Below are positions 1-11,541 of a stretch of DNA of 64,000 nucleotides, piece after piece; positions within the stretch are counted from its first letter, which is position 1; the number at the start of each line of letters is the position of its first letter. Both the position numbers and the translations under genes were made by a program. The DNA is taken from assembly GCA_973895155.1 (NCBI GenBank), contig OZ316893.1:21250955-21314954 (forward strand), in the 5' to 3' direction. The notes beneath the pieces were generated by a model. That model saw only the letters and a program-made list of their open reading frames with translations, did not search any database and was not told the origin of the DNA. Origin of the DNA: Marsupella aquatica. Its lineage: Eukaryota > Plantae > Marchantiophyta.

Positions 1-80
1 GGGACAGAATTCGAGGATTTCCACATCCATAACACGACGAATACAAGGTCTCGAAAATCAGCCAGAATTGTTTATCGTAC

Positions 81-3000
81 CTGTACAACATCCATGCCCT
101 TGACCACACGTCCAAATACAGTGTGTTTGTTATCCAGCCATGGAGTGGCCACTGTTGTAATGAAAAATTGTGAACCATTTGTGTTCGGACCCGCATTTGC
201 CATCGAGAGAGTGAATGGCCGATCGTGTCGTAGGCTGCAAATGGAACAAGAAAATAATCGGGTTAGCAAACGGAATATCCGCTGTTTCAGGACTTTTGTA
301 TTCCCACATTACCAGAAACGGGTTGAGTTGTTTCAGATTACAAGGTTACATTATATTATTAAGGTACTTTGGAAAGAGTAGTTATTCATCTCAACAGATG
401 CGATTATTCTACACCTCACAAAGCTTTCAATCCAAAAAATGAGTGACACGTAAAACGAGTATAACCCTTCACTCTTGGTTGCACGTTGAAATTCGAAAGA
501 ACAACAACTTAAAGTACTCTCTTACTTTCATACCTGAAATGAGAAAATTGAAAGATGGTTAGGTCTACAATAAAGGCGTTTCTGTAACTGCACCTCTTGT
601 GGAACTCATCCTCAAACTCTCCTCCCCAAATAGACTGTCCACCAGTGCCGTCTCCTAAAGGATCACCAGTCTGTACCATGAAGCCCTTAATGACTCGATG
701 GAAGATAAGATTATCATAATACCCATTGCGGCAATGTGTTGTGAAGTTTTCTACTGTTCGGGGACACTCCTCCGGATATAATCTCATATGAATGTCTCCA
801 AGAGTTGTATGCATGACCTAGAAAACCAACATTGAAGTCAGACATTCTACTCAACTGATGTTAAAAAAGGCAACATCAAGCAGATATTCTTTAAAGCCTC
901 CAAAACGTCTTCCTTAGTTGAACTTAAATAAGGTACGCATTATTGCAAAGGAAAGCAATGAACTACACTCAAGGGACCAGAATTGCCTTCAAAGACTTGT
1001 CTACTACTGCACTCGGAAAAACTGTGCTCTGATCGTCTAACACCACGTACCACATTGTCTGGAAGAGAAGTGCTACTTGTTTTGCTGACATCTGCGATGG
1101 CCAGAAGCTCCTCGGCAGGAGGTCTTTCATTGAAGACATCCCGCCCTTTAGTTGTATCCTCTGCTTCCTCAGGTTCTCTTCGGCTAATCCATTCAAGAAA
1201 AAAAAGCCACAGCATTGTAAAGTGAACCCGAGACATAGGATAACTTCGATACCTTTGAGCTATGAGACTATATACAAAGTAAATAGTTTATGGTATACTT
1301 GATTGATTGAAGAGAGTTACTGCTTAACTAAGATTATCTCAAAAAAGAAAATGACCAACTATAAGAAAAAAGAAAGCTTGTAGAATTAAACGGTAATAAT
1401 AAAGACAGGCTTCATGGAGACTCAAATTGCTCTGGTGCACGTCGTGGGGCTCTCATGTCTTTTCAGAGGCTCACATTCTAAAGCACACCTAATAATGTTC
1501 AATTGTAAGAGACCCCAAGCACTTCCCAAGCAGAGACGTGAGGCTACTTGACTTAAAAGACACTGAAAGTGAGAACGATGCAGAAGAGAGGACATCGAAT
1601 ACATCTCCTGGCCGCGGACTTACAGAATAGAATTTCTGTCAAGTTTCAGGTCAAGGATCCTCAAAGAGCATATACCTGAAGAGATAAAATCGGTGCTTTT
1701 TGAAAGCACAGCATATAAGGGTTGGATCTGTCAAAGGCTCTCGCTTGTCATTCACATTGGCAACTGCTGCAGGTATCTTCTTGACTTTTTTGCTGCTGCT
1801 TGCCCCTTGAAACAGAGCTACTCTGAGAAACCTCTCAGTGTTTTCTACTTTGCCAATGATTCTGACCACCTTGTTAGAATGCAGATTAACCACCTGCCAC
1901 AATTGAGCGAAAGGTAAGCAAGACTCTTGATTGATCACTCCTGAAAGTGACTAAAGTTAATTTAATATGAAGGCGCTCCTTATTGTATATTAAGCTTATA
2001 GCATATGCTTGCCACGAGAGATCAAAATCGACGTTGGACCGACTGAGCTCCACAGTCATGACTCGCCGCTGTGATAGACTAGACACCGACATCACGACTT
2101 AGAGTGTAAAATTCTAAGCAACTAAGTTGACTAGACAAGTGCGAACCATAAAGAACAAGAATTGTCTTCCTATGGACGCCCACAGACTTACTAGGCACTT
2201 TACCTTTATTCCTAAGAGAGTTGTATATATCAAGAAGTTGCCACTCTCATCAAATATTGCATTGGGTTCTGGAACATCTTCTGTCTTCTCAATCTCCCTC
2301 TCCACAGCCATCCGTCTCCCAAAGTCAATGGCATCCAACTTATACATGGGAGAATCACTTCGCTGTAGGTCTTGTGCCACCTGCACCAAAGCAGCTGTAG
2401 GTTAAAATATTGCTTAAAAGGCAACTCAAACATACTAATCAGGTCATCAGCGTTATGACAGAACAAGAATTGATAAGTGTAAAAGTGTTCGGTGGTAGGA
2501 GCGAAAAAAAAAAGGAAGAGTTCCCACTGAAGTTGTCGTACCTCCAGCGACTCATCATAGGTTCGTCGTAATTTCCCTGTCAAAATCCAAAAAACCCGAA
2601 TCCTTCGATCAGGAGACGTTGTCACGAACTGCTTCCCATCTACACTAACCTGCAAGAATCCGACCTCCCGATGGTCAGTTGCTATTCACTGCGAACCAAA
2701 CATCAATATTATATGGATATAAACCGAGGGAACAAAACGATAGTAAGACAAGGCACGGGGGAGAATGACAGCAAAATCTGCTCTCTGTTGCAGATTGACG
2801 TACCTCCAGAGCAGAGACTGTTGTTTTAGCCTTGGCCAAACTATAGAGGTCCGTTTCTGTCTTGAATTTGAACTGCAAACTACACAACACCACTCATCAT
2901 GACGGTCCACTACCATACGTCCAAGACGGTCGTAAGGCCATCTCACGTAAAGTGAATAAAAACGAGAACAAAAACTAGCGCCCTCAAGGCTGGAGCATTA

Positions 3001-5487
3001 GCAAAATGCTTGAACTTTAACCGGAATAATGATTGGCTAGATCGCTAAGGTCTCCTTCACGCTCAACCTTGACCCGATGAGATTTATCAAGACCATAATT
3101 GTTTTTATTTTGCCGGAGTATCACATATACCGTGTGCAAGACCTACATTGCAAACAATCCAAAATATGAAATCCCAGCTTGTTTTATACAGTAGGAAAAA
3201 CTTAGCTAGGACACTTGTCCTCGTCTCTAGGTTCCACAAAGAAAAGTTCAATATTGCAAACCGAAAACTAGAGAGACCAAAAGATGAAGTGCTCCAAGAA
3301 AGGACCAATTACCTGTGATCAGGAAAGAGTAGTGAATCTGGAGACCAATAGTCAAGGAGGCCTTTTGTATCAGCAGACAAGACAATATCAAATATTGGAT
3401 TATATCTCATGCATTTCACAGGTAGCATATGAATCTGTATGACAAAATGACAATCGTGAGACAATATAAAACTTGGAGAGGACAGAGGGATCTCATAAGA
3501 GGGAAAACTCTGCAAGTTTTTGCCCCCTTTACAGTTTCCGTTGATCAAAATCACTCAGAATGCAACGGACCTGGGGAAATACCCCCTGCGGTTGTCGAAC
3601 TTCACCTTATTCTGGATAATTGAGAGTTGTGAAGGGTTTAGGATTTAGGGTTTAAGGTCTAACCCTAAACCCTAAACAAATACCCAAGTCAAAAACATGC
3701 AAAAGCATCACCTATATTGCAATTCTTGTGAATATAGACAGAACATTGAATGAGAATGATTAGTAATGAAGGCTACCTGCTTAGAGAGTATTGGTTCATT
3801 ACTCCCAGAGCGAGCATCATAAATGTATACAGTTGGTGATTTGCGGTCACTGATAGCAAGCTTGGCTACAGCATCCCCCAGTTTGAAGACCCATTCTGCA
3901 GCCCCAGGTGAGAATGGTAACCGCAACATGGCCATCATGTCGTAGTTGACAACATCATAAATCTTAGCAGCACGATCACTGGAAGTAGTACAGCACAGAA
4001 GCCCGTCAGCACTAACCTGTATCACGCCACCCGAATCATTATTACTAACTTCTAGAAGACCCTCCACACAAGGGTACAAAAGCCAAGTTGCACATTAGAA
4101 ACTAGCTCAAATATCAAAACCTGGCGAGTGCCACAGTTTGAGGGTCAGACCTGCAAGGTCATACTAGCGACATAGAAGCGCTCCTAATTTCGTAAACCCA
4201 ACACACCCACCCCCAAATTTTGCCAAAACAATGCTGACTCTAGACTGGCACCCATCCAAGACAGACTGCAAGGTTATCATGAGAGAAGCTAGTTTCCATG
4301 ATAGAATTGCGATCATTTGCTAGAATGCTAAATCTAGTCATTCGAGCAGGCAGTGCACGAAATTGATTAACAGGTGCACTGCACCATCTTATCTTCAGTT
4401 TAAACACATCAAGGCATCATTCATAAGGCGAACTTGAGGAATCCTTCAACACTTGAAGAGTGTTGAGGTTAGGGTTTTAGTTGAACAGCTTCCGCGTACG
4501 CCCTGGTTAAAGAACAACCTTGACAGTACCTCAGGGTACGGTCCCCGGTGACTCTAAGACATCATAGTTGACGTTGGCCCCTCTTTGTGCACTCACTTAA
4601 GTACACTTTCCCTTGTAGTGCATCTGGCTGGCCCATTGCGTCAATAGCTTGAACTCGACATTCCTTTGGCCCAAAGACATGCAATGCCAAGTGGACATTG
4701 ATGTACAATTATCAAAGCCCGTAAGTCTATCGTTTTGAGTCTCAGTGGTCGTGGAAGTGAAAAGGACCTCACAGGGATTGGTTCAGCAGCATAAGAAAAC
4801 AAAAAAGGCAGGGCAGCACTTACCGAAAGGTTCTCTATTGGACCAAGATGTGAACGGAAATGCTTGACAAACTCAACTCCCACTCCTTTCTTTTTCCAAA
4901 ACTTTAGATGGCCTGCGGACAGAAAACAATCGAAGAGAAAATTCAGTCAGGCCATTGGCAGGTGAAAGCGATAATTAAATTCAAACTCAACATGTTGTGA
5001 AGATGTTCATAAGGCTAGACAAATTACCGTCACAGCTTCCAGTCATAAAAAATTCCGCGCTGGACACGGCGACATGCGTTACAACGTCCCGGTGCATATA
5101 GCTCTTCTCGTACCTGCAAATGACATCGACGTATGCTGATGTGACAAAGATTATCTCGCCCCTATCTTCCAGAGTACAGTGCCCTCGTCGAAAAAACTCA
5201 TTTGAGACATTCAGCATCAAGCCGCACATTTCTATCGCCATCGTTTCTCACTAGTTCTGGCTAGCTAGTACAACAATTCCACCATTTAGTGCCCAGCTCA
5301 GAAGAACATACATTTGCGCAGAAGGCAAGGCGTCAAGGTAAGCGCGCTCGAAGCCCAACTTGCGCTTGGGCCGCGGAGCAACTGGCAAAGGCCCGACAAT
5401 AGCACCCTCCTCCTCTTCCTCATTCTGGCTCGCGTCAATGGCCGCTTTCGAAATGTCGGCAGCACGCTCGCCTCCCAGACCATCCAT
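81..5487 (-). CDS. CYP71: WD40-repeat plus cyclophilin peptidyl-prolyl isomerase (CYP71/PPWD1 orthologue); final exon(s) lie left of the window
   Basis: Twelve phase-compatible GT-AG exons: 5312-5487, 5028-5113, 4824-4912, 3777-4016, 3313-3434, 2804-2879, 2542-2649, 2204-2380, 1676-1893, 1051-1183, 594-817, 81-234. N-terminal motifs include [24 protein letters not shown] and [13 protein letters not shown]. Cyclophilin motifs include [27 protein letters not shown] and [30 protein letters not shown]. Confidence 0.95.
3633..3677. repeat. Inverted pair of plant telomere-type repeats (telo-boxes) in a CYP71 intron
   Basis: agggtttaggatttagggtt-taaggtct-aaccctaaaccctaaac; the arms match at 16 of 17 positions as an inverted repeat. 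Confidence 0.8.
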
Positions 5488-6224
5488 GAAATTGTCCCGG
5501 CTCGCCTCAGCTCAGCTCAGCTCAGCTCCGCTCTGCTCTGCTCTGCTCTGCTCCTGCCCTCTGCCGCTCGTTCAAACCAGCGATCTTTTCTTTCTTTCTT
5601 TAATATGCAATTTCGCAGACCTGAACCCTTCTGTCCAGTTCGACTGTGGAGTCGGGGAACGCGATCGAACTCGACGAGATCCACAATTTTCAGAACCGGG
5701 GCTTCAGACTCACGATGGAACTTATTTCCCCATTCCAAAGTCTCTACCGCGATCCATCTCGGTCTTCTCTGTTCTTCAGCTGAGGTATCGTCCCAACAAA
5801 TACTTTGGACATAACTTTTGCACAGCTCTCGAAGTGTAGAGAAGTTGTACCAATCCGACAAGGTCTGCCCAAGTAGTGTGAAGTCTACATTCTGCTTCCC
5901 TCCGACATGGGTGGAGCCACAACTCGCTGAAACCTGAATTGAGTGTTGACACGGTATTACTATTTGATTATGGCCCCCTGCCCTTGGGATATTTTTTTGG
6001 CCCTATCTTGTCTCCAGGTTTAGCGCTTTGGGATCTGGTCTCTGGTTTTGGCATTTTTCGTTTCTGCCAGAGTGATACATATGTTGAGTTTGAGTGAAAA
6101 ACCAAGTTGTGCAGCATTGTAGAGTGCCAAAGGTTCCTTGCAAGGGTGAGGTCTTGAGGTTAAACCTGGAAGGTGGCAAAATTGAGTGTTTTTCCCATTT
6201 TGAGACACCTCAACACATGCTACT

Positions 6225-6384
6225 GTCCAGCACCTGCTTCACACACTTGTGGGCCAAGGGAGGTCGCAAAAATTAGCCAATCACTTACTTAAGAAACAAT
6301 CAAGGTCCAGCACCTGCTTCACACACTTGCGGTCCAAGGGACGTCAAAAAAATTAGCCAATCTCTTACTTAAGAAGCAAACAGG
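6225..6384. repeat. 80-bp tandem duplication
   Basis: gtccagcacctgcttcacacacttg...aattagccaatc.cttacttaagaa occurs at 6225 and 6305. Confidence 0.9.
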
Positions 6385-7667
6385 CTAATGATACTCAGGG
6401 TAAAATTTAAAGAATTTTGTTCCATTAGCCACCACCTAATGCGCTATGGAGGAGCATTAGCCAGAAAGCACTCTGTCATTCACAGATATACTTCATAACC
6501 AGACCTATGCTGGTCTATACAGTAAAATAGTCGCCACCTTGGCAAATGTTTAAGAACAAGAAAAAAAATGACTGGCTGGAACCCAGCCCAAGCCACAAAG
6601 CAATCTCAAAGTCACCCTCTGAAGAATATGACATTGGGTTTTTTGAATATGGAGGGATTTCTGTGGTCTGACACTCCCACTCCCAATGGCAAGCTTCATC
6701 TATCCATCCATCTACATGTACAAGCCTTGAATATGAATGGGCTGGAGCAAAACACCGGGAGGGGGGTTTGACACTCCCACTCTCAATGGTGGAACAGGCC
6801 ACGGTTAAATGGTTAATCTATTAATGGCCTTGTTCCATCAGCCTGCAAGGGACACCCTCACCCTCCTCAGGGTGAACAAAGCAGTGTACATGGCCTGGTT
6901 GCCCATCCACTCCCAAGTTGAAGTTGGGGGTTGCCCTGAAACTCTATCTAACAGCTGAGTGTGATATACTTTGTGGATTTGGAGATGCAAGGGTAAGAAC
7001 AGGATCCCGTGTGTTTTAGGGGCAAGGGGTACCAAAATGCTTCAAGACTATTAGAGTGTGTCAAAGTTCTTTTGTAAGCAAAGTGTTATGGCTGAAAATA
7101 CCACCATTGGTACATATTTGGGTAAACCCATAGCAATTTTATCCTGGCTGTAACACCATTTCATGTCCTGAACTGTAACTGAGGTACAGGGTTGCTTTGA
7201 CACGCCCTATTGGAAACCAATGGGTGGGCAGCATTAGGGCATCTCAAAGCTTCGTGTTAGCAACATAAGGCCCTCCCATAACTCAAGTATTATGGGAACT
7301 CCCATAAAAGTTATGGGAGTTGATCTTTGGGTACCATAAGGAAAGCCCGCTGACTCAACACTTGACCTGTAACTTTCCCCAACCTTAGGCGGAAATCTAG
7401 GACGTTGGAACTCCGGAAAGCCGCAGCTGAAGGCACATGGGATTTTCTCCTAACGTGGTGATCGCTGCTGCATTCGAGGCGATGGCTGATCAAGAATTGA
7501 GGAAATTTTATTTTTTTGCTATGAGACAGGTGAGGCAGTAACTCCTGCCTTATGAGGCGGGGAGGTAACGTTACCTCCCCCCATTTTTTGAACTCTATAA
7601 CTGGGTCCCATAACCAGACATATGGGATATATCACAAATCCATAAATCCATAACTTTCACTAAATGA

Positions 7668-7756
7668 CCCAGGTTTGAGATGCCTTTTGATCCCAAGTTG
7701 AGATGCCTTTTGATCCCAAGTTTGAGATGCCTTTTGATTGCAAGTGTTGAGGTGCT
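7668..7756. repeat. About 23-24-bp minisatellite, about 3.5 copies
   Basis: ccca(a/g)gtt(t)gagatgccttttgat is repeated in tandem. Confidence 0.9.
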
Positions 7757-8183
7757 TGAATATACTCGCCTCGGGGCTAGTGTCTGTCCATTGAATACTG
7801 TATACGGGGGTGGTAGGGGAGTGCCCGTAGCCCCTGGCCCCTGTGCATGGAACCTTTGAAATGCCCCCTACTTGAGGATAACGGACCCCTATCCATTCAT
7901 GTACAGGCCCTCTCGTGCTGGCTGTAGCTTACCATTGTCCGTCGGCCCTTCATCCATGGTACGCTAATAGTAAGCACGTCTGTAGGTGAACGAACGCCAA
8001 ACAATATTAGCTGCACCAGAGGAAAATGGCGGATTGTGTTTGCTGGGCTGAGGTTTAGCTCACAGTACAGTAGAAGCAAGAGAATCAGGCGAGCGAAGAG
8101 GCTTTGCATTCGGCGAAGAAGAACGGAGCAGGCAAGAGTTGCGCGACTCTGTTATTATTTCGTTGGAGCTCCCGTTGTTGGAG

Positions 8184-10006
8184 ATGGCCGCGGTTTCAGC
8201 TTCGATCGTCGGTGCTGCTCTCGGATCCTTTGCTCCGCGGCAGACGGCTGCAACCCAGGTGTGGATCTCGATCGGCGGCCATAGCGAGCGGTCTTTGAGA
8301 GATTCGAGGACTGTTCGGTGCCGTTCCCCCATTTGTTTCTATTTCAGATGGGTTTCCGGTGTTGGTATCCACTCTAGTAGAAGTGGTCATTCAAGAGAAG
8401 CTTTTCTCTGGTCTTTTTGACAATAATTCTTGATACAAAATGTATCGAAATGTCATCTGTCGGAGTCCCGTGCGTATTGTATCTTTTGAAATTGGTGTTC
8501 CGAGAGTTTTTTGTAAGACTGAACAGTGTCCTTGATATGGAAACTATGATACGCCTAAGCTTTAGAGCTAGAACTCAGTTCCTTTGAATATCTCTGAAGA
8601 TTGTGGTGGAGGTGTCCATGTAGAAAGAGGACTGCTTCGCTTGAGAGTTGACGATCTAAAAGCCAATGGGTGCATAGCATGTGAACCTTTTTCCGTGGTT
8701 TCCGTCCCAAGAAGTGAGTGCAACTTGTGTGACGTGGGTTGCTTAAGTCGAATTGTGGCGTTTGGGCCGATGGATTTCCTGTGGGTCGGAGTTCCTGGGC
8801 TCTACTATGTAGGAGACTCACGGGTGCTTTTCGTTCCTGCGTCCTTTATTTCGTCAGCATTGACTGATTATCTAAGTAGTTTGTCCAGTTTGCTAACTTT
8901 TGTTGTACCACTTATCACATATGTACGTAGTCACACCTAAGCTTGTGGCCACTTGTGAGCATCACATCTAAACATTATTCCTTATCACATTACATATGTT
9001 AGTCCCAGCACAACAAGCATGTCACCCTCTGTTCGCTGGGTATTTGTCCCTGCAGACAGACAAACGGAAGGAAGGAACTGGTGTTCTTTTGTAGCCCTCA
9101 CTAGCTCGAGAATTTTTCTAATGATTCTGTTGGGTCGCCAGTCCAAATGCAGCTTCCACCAATTCGATGGGCTCCGGGTAGAGGGGTCGTTCGGGGCCCT
9201 GCATTCGCCCTGTCGCATTTCGGCCAAGTCAAATGGTGCATTTTCCGTTCGAGCAAATTTGAGTGGCGCATTTTCAATTCGGGCGTCTTCAGCAGTAGCT
9301 GATACTCCAGCAGTGGCGGTTTGTCCCTGTCTTTTCTTTTCCTCCTGATTTGAAGATTATATTGTTTGATTGTCTCTAAATTCTCCTTTGAATTGTTTTA
9401 GCGTTTAGGTTTTATGGCGTATGGTTTAGAATCTAGTGCTCAGTGATAGTATTTGTGCTATTCTTTAGGGACTTCGATTGAGCTTCGTGTGAAGGTTTTT
9501 AAATCTGGGACTCCGTTATTTGTTACTTTCTATTTTGGAACGATTCCAATTAACTACTGTAGCATTGGACAAGCGGTCAGGATCTAATACGCCAGACTAT
9601 GCCATGAATGAAATCGCCTCGAACTCACTGTTTTGGCTTGCCCAAAATAAGCACTAATAAATCAGAGATGCACCTTTGTAAAAATTTGCAGGCTCCATCA
9701 AAGCAGAAAATCAGGATAAAGCTGAGGTCGTACTGGACTCACCTCATTCAGCAGGCATGCCAGCAGATTTTAGAAGCTGCAAAGAACACAAATGCTCAGA
9801 CCATGGGGCCAGTGCCCCTACCGACGAAAAGGCGCCTGTATTGTGTGCTACGATCACCTCATGTCGACAAAGATTCTCGTGAACACTTCGAAATCCGGAC
9901 ACACCACCGACTCATTGACCTGATGAACCCTAATGCCCAGACCATTGATGCATTGATGCAGCTCGATCTTCCTGCTGGCGTTGACGTAGAAGTAAAGCTT
10001 TCTTAA
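8184..10006 (+). CDS. RPS10: Nuclear-encoded plastid 30S ribosomal protein S10 (uS10c) with transit peptide
   Basis: Exons 8184-8258 ([25 protein letters not shown]), 9142-9318 (Ser/Ala-rich transit peptide with FDGLR) and 9692-10006 ([10 protein letters not shown]...[39 protein letters not shown]...[13 protein letters not shown]). Both junctions are phase 0 GT-AG. Confidence 0.92.
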
Positions 10007-10229
10007 AGTTAGGACGGAAGCATTCTTTGTGAGATAGGAAACTCTAGCGGTCTATAATATCATATAAAGTGATAATTGTCTCCGTTCTTCACTTGTTGTT
10101 CGTTGCTATTCGTCGTGAACTCTGTTTTGAGTGAAATTGTCTTCACAGCCATCATTTTAGATGGTTTTGTTCCCGTCAGCGATTTACGTCTTCAATTCAT
10201 TAGAAGATGATTGGTAATGTTCTATGCGT

Positions 10230-11050
10230 ATAAGGAATGCCATCCTCTGCTTTCGCTGGCTTTCGTTGTTCAGCGGCTTCGTCAGCGATTGCATCAAATT
10301 CTCTCAATTGGAGCCGCAGCGATCAGAAGGGTATGCCCGGACAAAATGCAATTCGAATCGAACAATTTTCACTCCGTGGTTTTTCGTCGCACCCCTTGGT
10401 ACTTTCCTTCTTCAGCTATGTATCCATGTACACAAGGCCTCTTACTCAGAACCGCCTAGCTGATAAATCTCCAACCTGAGTGAAGTAGACGATAGAAACG
10501 GTGGTGGTGGTGAAGGTTGGTGGCCCAATTTCGTTTCGGATAGAGACCCAGCTGACCAGGGAGGTCGAGACCCTGCTGACAGCTACTTACTGAATTCCTA
10601 CAGATGATCAATGGTAACGAAGATCCACGATCACAATGGAGGCGAAGTCCACCTCATTTCTGTTGTTTGGCTTCTTTGCATAGGTCAGCTGATGGGATCT
10701 CTTCCAGCAGAATTCCTTTATTACTGCAGACGAAGAAACTTGATTCTTTAGTCTACTTTCGGAAGATCACCCAGTAGGAAGAGTTCCAGATAGACTGTCG
10801 TGGGTCACATTGAACTTCCAGATTTGAAAGCAGAACGATGCTCTCTGGTATCGTTCCAGGTCTAGGCAGCATCGTTAGACAAATCGAAGAGTTGAAAACC
10901 GCTCGGTATCCAGAACGGCTAGAAATTGTCTGCAATATTGGCAAATTACAAACTGTGCCACGCAAACTGTCGGTCTCACAAGAGAGTTTCTTATGCTCAG
11001 AGACTGCTACGATGTCATCCATGCAAGGAAGTCTTCTCATTAAAGCCGAT
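10230..11050 (-). pseudogene. Degraded LRR / LRR-receptor-kinase gene relic
   Basis: Plant extracellular LRR-like pieces in broken frames: GTVCNLPILQTI, GTIPESIVLLSNLEV, SLSGTLPTG*. Weaker kinase-like scraps lie downstream: HGYIAEE, RIAFC/RAYPSDR. Stops and frameshifts occur throughout. Confidence 0.45.
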
Positions 11051-11541
11051 ATAGCGCGAACAACTTGTCAAACCGTAGATATTTTAGTGCTTTAATTCAA
11101 AACGAACAAGTTGGGTATTCAAAATATAACATTGATACAATCAACTCCACACTGTGTTAGCGTGCTTCCAAGCTTATATCTGTCATATTGCGAGATCCTC
11201 GCAACATTTTCAATTGATTCTTTTTTATCACTCCAATAATTGCTCCGCCAGCGCTTCGCCTTCCTCAGCACTCTCTAATGCTTCCTCAATTTGCCTGCCT
11301 ACTTCTTCAAGCATTTTAAACACTGAGGCTCTCTTAACGATCTTCCACTGCTGCTCAGTGCAGGTTGTGGCTTCCTCAACCTGCCTGTTTTCTTCCTCAA
11401 GCACGTTAATTAAACACGTCTGTTGCTTCTTCAACCTGCCCTTTTACTCCCCATCCTGCTGCTCACTGTTGGCTTTGGCTTCCCCTCCATCTCACTGAAA
11501 CCATTTATTAAAACCTTCCACGCACAGATCCATGGACGGTT

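Noticed and set aside
6838-7035. HVHCFVH as a possible HUH/Rep motif on the - strand
   Set aside because: The frame is short and bounded by stops, and no other Rep or helicase motifs lie nearby.
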